The notes below the pieces were generated by a model, which ran no database searches, was not told the origin of the DNA, and saw only the letters and a list, made by a program, of their open reading frames with translations. From positions 627,563-691,562 of the forward strand of contig CAWEQH010000001.1 of assembly GCA_963811165.1 (NCBI GenBank): DNA of 64,000 bases, read 5' to 3'. Positions 54,916-64,000 of this stretch are shown one piece after another. The DNA is from an uncultured Nitrospiraceae bacterium (lineage in GTDB: Bacteria > Nitrospirota > Thermodesulfovibrionia > Thermodesulfovibrionales > UBA6898). How positions within the stretch are numbered: the stretch's first letter is position 1; the number at the start of each line of letters is the position of its first letter. Made by a program: the position numbers and the translations under genes.

Positions 54916-55113
54916 TTCGGCCCTTTCCAATGGACTGCCTCTTTTTTAATCATAATATGAGGGTTTTTGCACGAATAGTCAACCCTACGGGGGTAGGGGA
55001 GAAATTGCATATCCGCGTCAAAAGCGGCGTTCCGGTACATCCCCTCCTTTCATATTGGACAAAACTGCTATCTCCTCCTACAATTGAAGTATAGGCTGAA
55101 TGCCTGAGGTGGA

Positions 55114-55506
55114 GTGGCTGAAGTGAACAAAATACAGTCGATGTGTTTCAAAACATGCTCCAAGTGCGGCTTCGTTTGGCCCGAAAAGACGTATTTCCTC
55201 AGTGATCCGGGCCTTCGCATGATCGGCTACCAGGTCGACTTTGACGAACTTATGGCGGGGCTGTTTCTATTCAATCACATCTGCGGAACGACTCTTGCTG
55301 TTAAAGCAGACGACTTTCAGGATCAGTACGACGGCCCGATTTTTACCGAAAGGCTGATAGGCACTAAAGGGTGCGAGGGTTACTGTTTGCACAAAGATGA
55401 TTTGCGTCCATGTCCGGCGAAATGTGAATGTGCATACGTTCGTGAAATTGTGCAAGTGATCCTGAACTGGCCTAAACAGGGATTGGCTCGCAGAGGCGAC
55501 GGCTAA
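55114..55506 (+). CDS. Cys-rich hypothetical protein
   Basis: FKTCSKCG.VW..FLSDP; FNHICGTT; C.GYC..CPAKCECA. Confidence 0.7.
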   Translation: MAEVNKIQSMCFKTCSKCGFVWPEKTYFLSDPGLRMIGYQVDFDELMAGLFLFNHICGTTLAVKADDFQDQYDGPIFTERLIGTKGCEGYCLHKDDLRPCPAKCECAYVREIVQVILNWPKQGLARRGDG

Positions 55507-55686
55507 TGATCTGTGTATTTTAAGGGGGTGCCACGATATCTTTAGAAGGAGGCATTCTTGTGGGACTTTTTGATACGGGTCCCCTAGTTCGTAAAATGCT
55601 GCCGGCACATGGAATTTATTTGTTTGCATCTCCAAAGCTATCGTCATAAAATAATAAGAATTATGTTCTACACTAGGGAGGACAGC

Positions 55687-55788
55687 ATGAACAGCAAGAT
55701 TGTGGAGATCATAACGGGGATTGCGGCATGCATCAGCCTGCTGCCTTCGTGGGAAGATCCTGAGGAACCGAGGCCGTATTATACATGA
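55687..55788 (+). CDS. 33-aa small ORF, not in the ORF track
   Basis: GGGAGG RBS; MNSKIVEIITGIAACISLLPSWEDPEEPRPYYT*; ATGA overlap with the next gene. Confidence 0.45.
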   Translation: MNSKIVEIITGIAACISLLPSWEDPEEPRPYYT

Positions 55789-56453
55789 GAAAACCGAGAG
55801 TTAACATTTTTGACGATGACGTGAATATTCTGAAATTTCTCAAAGAATTATTGTCCATGAGGGATTACGAAGTGGTGACCTTCGACAGGCCGGTTGTTTG
55901 CCCACTTTATGGTGCTCAGGCGGATGAGTGCCTCAACTCAAAACCGTGCGCCGATATAATCATAACCGATTATCAAATGCCAAAAATGACTGGAGTCGAA
56001 ATGCTGCGTTTGCAGGCGCAAAGAGGATGTAAGGTTAATGTAAGAAATAAGGCGGTCATTTCCGGAGACCCCAACAGTAAGGGGAAGATGATCGAAGGGG
56101 TAGCGGGCGCATTCTTCATCAAACCCTTTAAGATAAGTGAACTTTTTGCCTGGCTTGATACCTGCGAAAAATGCATCGACCTGTCAAAACCGGTCGGACT
56201 CATGAGAAAATCGAATCGTTATCCCGCCGACATCGGCATTGTGTACGCATACAGTACCGACGAGAAAGCCTATGAAGGAACCCTCATGAATATAAGCGAT
56301 AGCGGAATTTGTCTTAAAATGCACGCCCCCCTCGTGGAAGGACAATCTGTAGTGCTTAATACTGAACTCCGCAATGGGTGTAAAAACGCATCTGTTCGCT
56401 GGGTAAAAAAGATGGGAGACTACTTCTACGTGGCAGGCCTTTCCTGCCGCTAA
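55785..56453 (+). CDS. Response regulator receiver + PilZ domain
   Basis: FDDD, TDYQMP, FIKPF; RKSNRYP..NISDSGIC PilZ motifs. Confidence 0.85.
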   Translation: MRKPRVNIFDDDVNILKFLKELLSMRDYEVVTFDRPVVCPLYGAQADECLNSKPCADIIITDYQMPKMTGVEMLRLQAQRGCKVNVRNKAVISGDPNSKGKMIEGVAGAFFIKPFKISELFAWLDTCEKCIDLSKPVGLMRKSNRYPADIGIVYAYSTDEKAYEGTLMNISDSGICLKMHAPLVEGQSVVLNTELRNGCKNASVRWVKKMGDYFYVAGLSCR

Positions 56454-56687
56454 TTTTTTAGCAGTTCTTTCTTCCTGCATTTACTTCCGGGAAGAAAGCT
56501 GTGTGTTACGAGATAAATGGCGTATTCAAGCCATCCAAAAAAGTTGCAGTGACAAAACAGTGACGGGACAGACTTAGAACTTCGGCTTCAATCCCGCTTT
56601 GTTTGCACAGTTCATTTGCGGTTATCCTGTCGAGGGTGCGGTGTTTTACCATGCGGAACAGTTTACGAGCATTCCCCCACAGCGGGA

Positions 56688-57575
56688 TCAGTTTCCAAAA
56701 CTCGGTATACTAATGCTCGGGCTTATGCCATGACCGAGGGGAATAAAAGCTGGTCCCATTTGAATGGCAACTCCTACTAGTGCCCTCAGCAAAAGTTCAT
56801 ACCATGTCGGGCAACGACGATTTGCCACTGAAACCGTCCGGTCAGGGATACTCATCATGAGCCTCTTCTCAACAGTGGAGGCAAATGAGGGACAACGGCT
56901 CTTGAGCAACGCAATCGTCTCGGCGTATTCGTCCGCTATCTCGATGCGATTGACTTTTCTCACCTCGACACCTTTCTCTATCCTGATATCCATATCGATA
57001 ACCAATGACCCGACGTACAATGCACCACTATCCCCGGACACGTCAAAAAAAGTATTGGGGCTGACGACAAACCCGCACTCAGGCGGTTTTTCGGGCTTAA
57101 GAGAAAAAACCTGTTCTGGTTTTTGATTTCTGAGATCCTGGGCAGAGACTTTCATTTGAAGCCCCCAACCCAATGCGTCAATCTGGTAGTGTCCGGTTGG
57201 CAATACCCAAAAAAATGTGCCGTCGTTTTCAAACCACGGTTTCCTTGTCGGTAATTCTCGGGTGACCAGATCACCAGACGGTGGCTCGGCTATAACGGTC
57301 TTTGCATAAACTGCGGACCCTGTTGCACGTTTCCCTCTTTCCACATGCACAAGCCCCAGACCAAGAGGAGGGAAACTCACTTCTCCCATTTCTTCGGAAT
57401 GAGTTACGAATACGACCCTGCCGAATACGACTCTCTCATTGCCTTCGAGCACGTTAGGCTCATCAGGGTTTACATGCTTGACTGTCATACTGCTGCATCC
57501 GGAGGCCAGGATGGACAGACATGCCGGGACAAGGAAATAGGATATAAAGATGAGATGGAAAGCCTTTGGTTTCAT
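56688..57575 (-). CDS. Hypothetical lipoprotein
   Basis: Signal peptide with lipobox LASGC. Confidence 0.7.
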   Translation of the reverse strand: MKPKAFHLIFISYFLVPACLSILASGCSSMTVKHVNPDEPNVLEGNERVVFGRVVFVTHSEEMGEVSFPPLGLGLVHVERGKRATGSAVYAKTVIAEPPSGDLVTRELPTRKPWFENDGTFFWVLPTGHYQIDALGWGLQMKVSAQDLRNQKPEQVFSLKPEKPPECGFVVSPNTFFDVSGDSGALYVGSLVIDMDIRIEKGVEVRKVNRIEIADEYAETIALLKSRCPSFASTVEKRLMMSIPDRTVSVANRRCPTWYELLLRALVGVAIQMGPAFIPLGHGISPSISIPSFGN

Positions 57576-58079
57576 TTCAACCCCCCTTGCTAACTCACCG
57601 CAGTCCCAACGTAACCGTGAAACCCTTCCCGCGAGATGATATGGGTACGCTTTTATTTTACCACTTAAGGGATGGAAACATAGATGCCCGTGTCAAACTG
57701 AAGACGGGGACCCTGTCAAATAGAATGGCTCCCGAGGCCTGAAAAGAAAGCTATACTTTTTTTCATGTCAAAATCCCCTTTCTGGAAAAAGTTGTTTACT
57801 GATTGTAATCCTCACGACTCACGGTGTACCACCAGCTGCGGTTTTCAGGAAGGAGTCATTGAAACGGCGGGTGATCCCCTCAATCGTTTAGCCGACTACT
57901 TCTCAGGTATTGTTATTCGAAACAGTATCGAAGTTACATTCGGAAAAAAAACAGTCCGGATTGATTTCAAAATGTCACTTTCTTCCCAAAACAAACATTT
58001 TAAGGGATCTGATAGACATCCTCATTATACAAAATTACTTTCTTTTCGAGACAATGGCCTTGCGCCCACAGCAGTTCTG

Positions 58080-58568
58080 CTACTGCTTATTGTAGACCAG
58101 CTTCTGCTTCTTGACACCGTTAAGCGTCTTCATCGTCGTGTCTATCGTCATAACTCTGCCGTCGGCGCTCAAGGATCGGACAAAGGTCGACTCTGCCAGG
58201 GGCCCTCCCTTCGTCGACATGACGCTTTTTGTGATCAGGGTCGAGCCTTCCCACCTATTGGTGCTCTTGATGTCCTGGCCGCTGGGGGACTTGTTTATAC
58301 TCTCGCTGCCATCCAGCTTTTCAATAGCAGTATCTGAGCGCCCGCCCACCGTGCGGGTAGTGGCGAGGGTAGCCGAGGTCTGTTTGATCACTATGGTAAC
58401 TTTCGCCTTTGCCATTGCGCCTGGGCGGCCTTGCCCCATATCACTTTTGGCCGTGTCCAGGGTCCATGTGCCGGAGAAGTCGGGTTTGCCCAGTGCGAAA
58501 GCTAATCCGGAGAGAACCAAGGTGATGAATATGATGAAAACTGTTGCACGTTTCATTGATGCCTCCAT
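58080..58568 (-). CDS. Secreted hypothetical protein (lipocalin/FABP-like beta barrel)
   Basis: Signal peptide; KPDFSGTWTLD.AKS; LSADGRVMT. Confidence 0.7.
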   Translation of the reverse strand: MEASMKRATVFIIFITLVLSGLAFALGKPDFSGTWTLDTAKSDMGQGRPGAMAKAKVTIVIKQTSATLATTRTVGGRSDTAIEKLDGSESINKSPSGQDIKSTNRWEGSTLITKSVMSTKGGPLAESTFVRSLSADGRVMTIDTTMKTLNGVKKQKLVYNKQ

Positions 58569-58802
58569 GTCGAAAAGATAGAGGAAATATAACCGATAGA
58601 GATGTCGATGTCAATAGTTGCTTATTATATATGGGCCGCTCTCTGAGCCGGTTCATATCGACCGTAATATTCCCTAAATTCTGCGGAGTACGACCCGTAT
58701 AAAACAGTTATTCCAAACCGAAACTGGTTTGGGGTACAGGAAGGACATCACACGTGTGGGAAAGTCTTCATGGGGTTTATTTCATGGTGGAGTAATAATT
58801 TC

Positions 58803-59567
58803 TCAATCTCCTTTACCCTTTCCAACAGGCGCGAGGTAGATGGCGAACTCCTCAGTCCCATCAACACCCAAAAGGTTGTCTATCAACTCTTGATTATACG
58901 CAGCAACTGCACAGGTGGCTGCATGGATTGCCTCGCAGGAGATATAAAGGTTTTGGCAGACGTGACCCGCATCAATGGCAATGACTTTGTGTGCGGCTAT
59001 GTCGTATCGCCACTCCATCCGATAGGGTATGGCAGTCCATATGAACGTAACAGCGGACTTCCCTACGAAATCCTGGCCCAAGGCTGCTTCAGAGATCCGG
59101 GAGGACAAGTGCGCCGGCTGCGAAACGATCAGAAGTTGATGTTCCAACGGCAGATAACGATATATCCCCTCCCCAAGCCCTGCAACATTAAAAACGCAGA
59201 GATAGGTTTCAAGTGCATGGCGGCATCCAGCAGACGGAACGACTCTGAAGGCGGTACCCGGCGCGGCGATCTTCCGAACCCCCTGGGTAGCCCAAAGCAA
59301 AAAGGAAAGCTCTTTCAGGGTAAGAGGAACTGGATTGAAAACCCGGCGGCTCCTTCTGTGGGCAAATGCGGTACAGACATCCATAACTGAAATGTCGCGC
59401 AATTTTTCAGCGGGGACGAGATCAATGCATTGAGCTCCGGCAGGGATGGGTTTTTCGAGAGGCGGTGGGGCTATCCCCCTGTTCTGATCGGTATTATTGA
59501 AATCAACCTTCTGCCTCACTGTATCCTTCAGAAAGTCCCGGAACCTGTCTCGCGATGATTTATCCAT
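58803..59567 (-). CDS. SagB/ThcOx-family nitroreductase
   Basis: RRSRR, LSFLLWATQG, PSAGCRH, DAGHVCQNLY. Confidence 0.9.
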   Translation of the reverse strand: MDKSSRDRFRDFLKDTVRQKVDFNNTDQNRGIAPPPLEKPIPAGAQCIDLVPAEKLRDISVMDVCTAFAHRRSRRVFNPVPLTLKELSFLLWATQGVRKIAAPGTAFRVVPSAGCRHALETYLCVFNVAGLGEGIYRYLPLEHQLLIVSQPAHLSSRISEAALGQDFVGKSAVTFIWTAIPYRMEWRYDIAAHKVIAIDAGHVCQNLYISCEAIHAATCAVAAYNQELIDNLLGVDGTEEFAIYLAPVGKGKGD

Positions 59568-59810
59568 GTTTGATCTTCCTTTCCCCTCTTATTGAAAGAA
59601 TTCCCGCATCCTCATTATAATCCTTGAGGAGGAATTACATGGGATCATATTTGAGAATCGCAGCCATTGCCTTTATTTTGAGCCCTGTTTTGTTAGGCTA
59701 GCCAACCAAGGCAGATAGCAGATCATATAATATTTACGGGGTTATGGACACAAGGTTGCTTAAATATTTTAGAGAGGCTTGTATACTGTGTCATAAGGAG
59801 AACTGTCTAA

Positions 59811-60110
59811 ATGGATATTAAGAAAGAAATAACCGATATCATTGGTCGTGCGTGTGCATCTCACGATCATGAATTAGAAGGTCACGGGGTATGGGCTGAG
59901 ATGATCATGGATATTTTCCGTAAAGTGATAGAAGATCAGAAAGTATATTGTGGTGAATGTTCGGGAGAGATGAAAACGGTGGAGGTTACTGATGATTTAT
60001 CGGGCAATCTCAGGGAGAATTTAGAATGTGGAAAGTGTGGTGCTACATCTATTTACTTTATCGTAGGTAAAGATGAAGAAGATGATTTAGCAGCATTTAA
60101 CGGTCGATAA
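59811..60110 (+). CDS. Hypothetical Zn-ribbon protein
   Basis: AAGGAG RBS; CGEC..CGKC. Confidence 0.55.
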   Translation: MDIKKEITDIIGRACASHDHELEGHGVWAEMIMDIFRKVIEDQKVYCGECSGEMKTVEVTDDLSGNLRENLECGKCGATSIYFIVGKDEEDDLAAFNGR

Positions 60111-60390
60111 AAATAAATTGGTTGAAGCAACCATTTGCGACAGCATGCCTGATAAAGTGATTAGAACCTATCTCAAAATCGATTTAGCAGGACTTTAATG
60201 GAAGCGAGTCTGACAAAACCCAGGAAGTTTTCCGCATGATACTCCCATCGTGTAAGGAGCATTAATCGATTTACAGTAACGGCTTAGTAACGGGTTGAGA
60301 AAAAGATTTAGTTTCTTAGACTTATGAGGCGAAAAGGCGAGAAATGGCTTGTTTAAGCCATTTTATAAATAATTGATTTTACGGTGTAAA

Positions 60391-60437
60391 TGGTGGGCGA
60401 TACTGGGATTGAACCAGTGACCCCTCCCGTGTGAAGG
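60391..60437 (-). tRNA. tRNA-Val(CAC) 3' fragment (att core duplication), not an intact tRNA
   Basis: Reverse complement: cc TT-CAC-AC gggag gggtc actgg TTCAATC ccagt atcgccc a CCA; 5' anticodon stem, D-arm and 5' acceptor strand are missing. Confidence 0.85.
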
Positions 60438-60652
60438 CCCAATCAATCGGGTCTCTCCTTTTCCGAATCTTTCCGTATTTCTCCGAATTAACCAATTTCA
60501 GCATTGACGCGGTTTCCCCGGCATCCATATTTTTCAAGGACTTCACTTTTTCCGACCGGAAAAGCATTTCCGAAAAGTTAGGACACAAAAAAAGCACAGT
60601 GAGCCCCGGAGGCCGAATTAACCTTTTACATGCCGTTGCTGTGGAGGACGTA

Positions 60653-60850
60653 ATGGAAACCTTAAAACTTACATTTCACGATGGATCATATCATGTCGAT
60701 AAGCCCGGGGATCAGTCCGGGGAATACGTCAAGGCTGAGGTAGTTCAAGAGATGCACGACTTCATCGACAACCTTGCAACATTCTGCGAGGGCGAACCCA
60801 TAGGCATCCATGCGAAGGGAATCATTAACCGAATCGAGGTAGGAAAATGA
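60653..60850 (+). CDS. Hypothetical protein (element)
   Basis: GGAGG RBS, start METLKL. Confidence 0.55.
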   Translation: METLKLTFHDGSYHVDKPGDQSGEYVKAEVVQEMHDFIDNLATFCEGEPIGIHAKGIINRIEVGK

Positions 60851-60887
60851 AGGCTAACGACTTAAAAGGAGGTATTCATAATGGCGT

Positions 60888-61241
60888 GTGAACACAAAAA
60901 GGAAGGCGGGATCTGTTGTGGCAAGACCTGTTTCTCTGAGAAAGAATTTCGGACCGTCGCGCAGATGTGCATTGACGCGGAAACGGTTTCGCAGGGTCAG
61001 GCAGAAGGCAGCTAAGATCGACGCGCTGCTTGAAAAAGATGGTAAAGCCCCTATGTTCGTCCAGGCGTTCGGGAAGAGCCTTTGTCCTCATCACCGTTCC
61101 GATAAAAGCGCTCAGGTCGCGCAGAGGATCGAGAAACTGATTGATCCGATCCTTGGGAATATGCAGATTGAGAAACTGAAGAGGCCGGCGCTGTCCCTGT
61201 CTTCCCGGATGCTCGATGAACTGGGGGGCCTGGGCCTGTAA
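60888..61241 (+). CDS. Hypothetical basic protein (element)
   Basis: AGGAGG upstream; TAATG-coupled to the next ORF. Confidence 0.5.
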   Translation: MNTKRKAGSVVARPVSLRKNFGPSRRCALTRKRFRRVRQKAAKIDALLEKDGKAPMFVQAFGKSLCPHHRSDKSAQVAQRIEKLIDPILGNMQIEKLKRPALSLSSRMLDELGGLGL

Positions 61242-61471
61242 TGTTAAGGGCGCAGTACATGGAGATCCTCGCCCGTATTACAGAGAAGGCGAAACGGCTC
61301 GATGCCTTTATGATTCAGGCGGGGACGGCGAAGGCGGCTGAGAAGACCGCCCGAGCTATGCATGACGAATCTGAGGACATCGAGAAGGCTATCAAGGCGG
61401 CTCTGGACGTGGAGGACGGGTTAGATTTTCTACTATCACATTTAACCCAAAAAGACGCAAAACCAAATTAA
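61241..61471 (+). CDS. Hypothetical protein (element)
   Basis: Coupled start, helical composition. Confidence 0.55.
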   Translation: MLRAQYMEILARITEKAKRLDAFMIQAGTAKAAEKTARAMHDESEDIEKAIKAALDVEDGLDFLLSHLTQKDAKPN

Positions 61472-61495
61472 AAAACCAAACGGGAGAAAAAGGAC

Positions 61496-61948
61496 ATGAA
61501 AAAGGTTGTGGAATTCAAAAAGAGAGAACAGAAGGATGAGGTGAAGGAAAAGGAGACATATTGTTCTAAGGTGCGAGCAGTGCTGCTCCTGGGGGAGACT
61601 GCGGATCAAGAGATGTTAAAAAAGGTGATCGAGGCTGTCTATGCGAGAACCGTTCGCAAACTAAAGACGGAGCAGTCCTTGGACGAGGCACCCCCGGAGA
61701 ACGAGGCACCGCGGGAGAAGGTTGAGGAGAAGAAAGCCCCGGTTATCTCAAAAGAACTCCTTGACGACCTACACCTTGAATTTAGGAAGGTTATCGCGTT
61801 GACGGACGTTCTAGAACTGGCTACCTATGCAGACACAGAACTACTTGAACATTCAGAGGGATATTCCCTTGTCGTAATCCGGGAGATCCTCGAAATGATG
61901 ATGAAGGACCTTGAAGACGCGGGAGAGGGCACATGGAAACCAAAATAA
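61496..61948 (+). CDS. Hypothetical protein (element)
   Basis: AAGGA RBS, charged helical protein. Confidence 0.6.
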   Translation: MKKVVEFKKREQKDEVKEKETYCSKVRAVLLLGETADQEMLKKVIEAVYARTVRKLKTEQSLDEAPPENEAPREKVEEKKAPVISKELLDDLHLEFRKVIALTDVLELATYADTELLEHSEGYSLVVIREILEMMMKDLEDAGEGTWKPK

Positions 61949-62154
61949 TAAATAAGTTCGAGTGTCCCGATTGCGGTATGGAATTCGTCGCTGAGACCTC
62001 TAGAGCGGGTTGTCCGAAGTGCGGGGGTATCTGTGATGCCTCTTCGCGGGAGATCTTCGATCCTGGGGCCTTCAGGAAGCCGACGAGGGGAAAAATAACC
62101 TTCCCGCGGTTCGGAAGGTCCTTCTCCGGCTTTGTAGCCGGTCCTATGATGTGA
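61933..62154 (+). CDS. Small Zn-ribbon protein (element)
   Basis: FECPDCG..CPKCG. Confidence 0.6.
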   Translation: METKIINKFECPDCGMEFVAETSRAGCPKCGGICDASSREIFDPGAFRKPTRGKITFPRFGRSFSGFVAGPMM

Positions 62155-62540
62155 CTTTTAAGGGGACCGAGTGGGAAGGGTTCGTTGATGAGGCGCTGAC
62201 GAGTTCAACCGTACCTAAAGGCGTAGAGAAAGGCCCCTGGGGAGATCCGGGGCCGCTCTTGTTGATTATCAAAAAAAGAAGTGGAGTATTGACCATCAGG
62301 ATTGAAGGGGGATTACAAAAAATGGAAACTGGCAGCGGTTGCCACATTCCAACTTCCGAAGAAAGACCTAAAACAAGGTTACGTTCTAAAGCCCCTCTGT
62401 CACCCGAGGAAGAAGAATTCCGGCGCGTTGAAAGAGAGACGTTCACCCGGGACCTCAAAGAACACGCCAGGTATTTAGTTTCAGTGGCCGCTGTATATGA
62501 ACTTCGGCGCAAAAACCCGAGATGGAGAGAGATCAGGTGA
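62151..62540 (+). CDS. Hypothetical protein (element)
   Basis: GTGA overlap with the previous ORF. Confidence 0.5.
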   Translation: MTFKGTEWEGFVDEALTSSTVPKGVEKGPWGDPGPLLLIIKKRSGVLTIRIEGGLQKMETGSGCHIPTSEERPKTRLRSKAPLSPEEEEFRRVERETFTRDLKEHARYLVSVAAVYELRRKNPRWREIR

Positions 62541-62674
62541 TGTTCACGATCTTCTCAATAGCGGTAATGGGCTTCATCGGGCTCTGGATACTCTACGGGA
62601 TATCCCGGTTTATCCTGTGGCTGCAGGGGAAGGACGCGGACGGACAGCCAAAGGAGAGGAGTAAGAGGCGATAG
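62540..62674 (+). CDS. 44-aa single-TM protein, not in the ORF track
   Basis: TGATG coupling; MFTIFSIAVMGFIGLWILYGISRFILWLQGKDADGQPKERSKRR*. Confidence 0.55.
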   Translation: MFTIFSIAVMGFIGLWILYGISRFILWLQGKDADGQPKERSKRR

Positions 62675-62687
62675 CAGTATAATCAAA

Positions 62688-62741
62688 ATCAGGGCCTAGA
62701 CTGGCCGTCGAAGAGCGGAACCCTTACCGCCTGGCCCTGAT
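62688..62741 (+). ncRNA. Candidate C4-like structured antisense RNA
   Basis: Closing stem atcagggcc/ggccctgat; inner gcgg-aaccctta-ccgc; TATAAT at 62678; loop complementary to downstream taaggg sites. Confidence 0.5.
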
Positions 62742-62776
62742 ACTGTATAAGGGAAACCACAGTAAGGGAGTGGGTT

Positions 62777-63541
62777 ATGGGAAAGAAAACAGGCTGGATA
62801 GTAAGACTTTCGGGTATAAGTTACTTGATCCACATTTTACGAGATCAGGGGCGCCCCCGTATTACCAAAAAGCTTGCCGCAAAACTCGATCAATTGAGAG
62901 ATCATAAGATCATCAAGAAACGGTGGTCTTTGCTTTGGAGATGGCGGAATATCCCCACGCTTCATTGGCGAATCTCGTTTTTCAGGGTTCAGTCTTTCTT
63001 GCGGAAAGAGGGTTTCTTGGCCATTCAAGATTCTTTTGATGATGCCGCACACATGGCCTTATCAAACTATATTACGTTAGATGATTTCAGCACCTTCATC
63101 GATTCAGGCACTATGGAGTTGAAATTTCCCTCTAGGGAAAAGAGTACCCCAAGGAACAACTTGAGTCCAATGGCGTCGTCCATGAACTTTTTTCAGATGA
63201 GGACGCTGAATTGAAAAATAAGAGCCCTTTTGTTGTGCCGACAGACTGGAAGCAAGATATTGAAACCATCAAGGTGGATAAATCGAGCGGGTAACCGTGT
63301 GATCTATTTAAGAGTCGATTTGACGCATTACAACAATAAAATAACTCCAAGCGCCGTGAATGAATACATCAAAACCAGGATGGAAGAAATTGGTCTCAAG
63401 ACGCAATCGCATATTAACGAAGAGTCGCTAGAAACTGCCCTCATGCTTGATGACATGAAGACTTTGCGTTTCACCTACGATGATCTGGGCAACATCATAG
63501 ACTTTTTTAGTAAGGTCTTAGATCCCCACCGCCTTTGTTAA
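62777..63541 (+). CDS. Hypothetical protein, probably one gene broken by frameshifts (ORFs 62777-63214 and 63230-63541)
   Basis: A third frame (GKEYPKEQLESNG...IKVDKSSG) bridges the two ORFs. Confidence 0.4.
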
Positions 63542-63728
63542 AGACAAGCTGAAATTATCTCGGTCCCTCAAAAAAAAATGCACTGAAGTAAACTTCCCTT
63601 TCTAAAAATAAATTGGTTCACTGAATAAACTGGTTCACTTTGTTCACCGTGTTTTCCTCGTCTTATTCCTGTACGCTTGAAATTCAGAACGGGAAAATCT
63701 AAACCCGTGTATGGTGATGGAGGAGACG

Positions 63729-64000
63729 ATGAACAAGGTCTTTCGAGTATCAGAAATTCAACTAGCAAGCTATCTCACCCTATGCGGTTTCCACGTTTCA
63801 TTCGATAAAAAGGGATCAAAGGTCTTCTTCTGTTTCGATAACTCACCAGAACTTTATGAAAAGCTCAGCGAGTACAATGCCGGCGCGAAGGTCGATGTTC
63901 AGGAATATGGACGCGAACTCCGGCGTCTATTTCAGGGCGCTCATGTACGAAAAAAAAGCAGAGGAAGCCCAGGGATGAAAAGACCCTCACAGTTCTATCT
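63729..64000 (+). CDS. Small phage-like protein (possibly DUF5659-like), open to the window edge
   Basis: GGAGGAG RBS; MNKVFRVSEIQLASYLTLCG..KVFFCFDNSPELYEKLSEY. Confidence 0.45.
   Translation, partial: MNKVFRVSEIQLASYLTLCGFHVSFDKKGSKVFFCFDNSPELYEKLSEYNAGAKVDVQEYGRELRRLFQGAHVRKKSRGSPGMKRPSQFY

Larger units (their letters stand above)
60391..64000. mobile_element. End of a tRNA-Val-integrated element (prophage/satellite/island) running off the window
   Basis: tRNA 3' duplication followed by a chain of short, overlapping, co-oriented unknown ORFs. Confidence 0.75.

Noticed and set aside
57600..58070. ORF or riboswitch in the long spacer
   Set aside because: No convincing protein motif or recognisable RNA structure found by eye
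58803..59567. RiPP (TOMM) cluster around the SagB-like gene
   Set aside because: No YcaO or precursor nearby; a stand-alone nitroreductase is more likely
60391..60470. Intact tRNA-Val
   Set aside because: 5' half is missing; only the anticodon loop to CCA is present

Overview
Bacterial chromosomal window. Gene content and repeat style suggest a Nitrospirota/Desulfobacterota-like anaerobe, possibly a MAG (inference only). From left to right: (1) an O-antigen-ligase/TPR protein, a Crp regulator divergent from an RpoD-like sigma factor with a CRP box between them, HAD, GGDEF, an orphan ExeA/ExeB pair, glgA, and a binding protein + histidine kinase + receiver trio; (2) a minus-strand hyfBCEFGI-type operon whose large subunit lacks all four Ni-binding cysteines (Ehr-type complex), with frameshifted hyfB/hyfC and two inverted-repeat insertions; (3) an S1-domain ribosomal protein, uvrB and HAD; (4) a ~28 kb surface-polysaccharide locus (RfaH-like factor + ops-like leader, MarR-EPS, wzm/wzt, many glycosyltransferases and methyltransferases, a B12 radical SAM, wecA, pmm, galE); (5) accessory singletons; (6) the start of an integrated element bounded by a tRNA-Val(CAC) 3' fragment, with small phage-like ORFs and a C4-like antisense RNA candidate. 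The most striking unexplained structure is in the polysaccharide locus. Two different four-helix-bundle (23S IVP/Avd-like) genes are each bracketed by inverted arrays of their own 7- or 8-mer repeat. The 7-mer reappears in-frame inside neighbouring coding genes, and a third inverted array has no gene in it.
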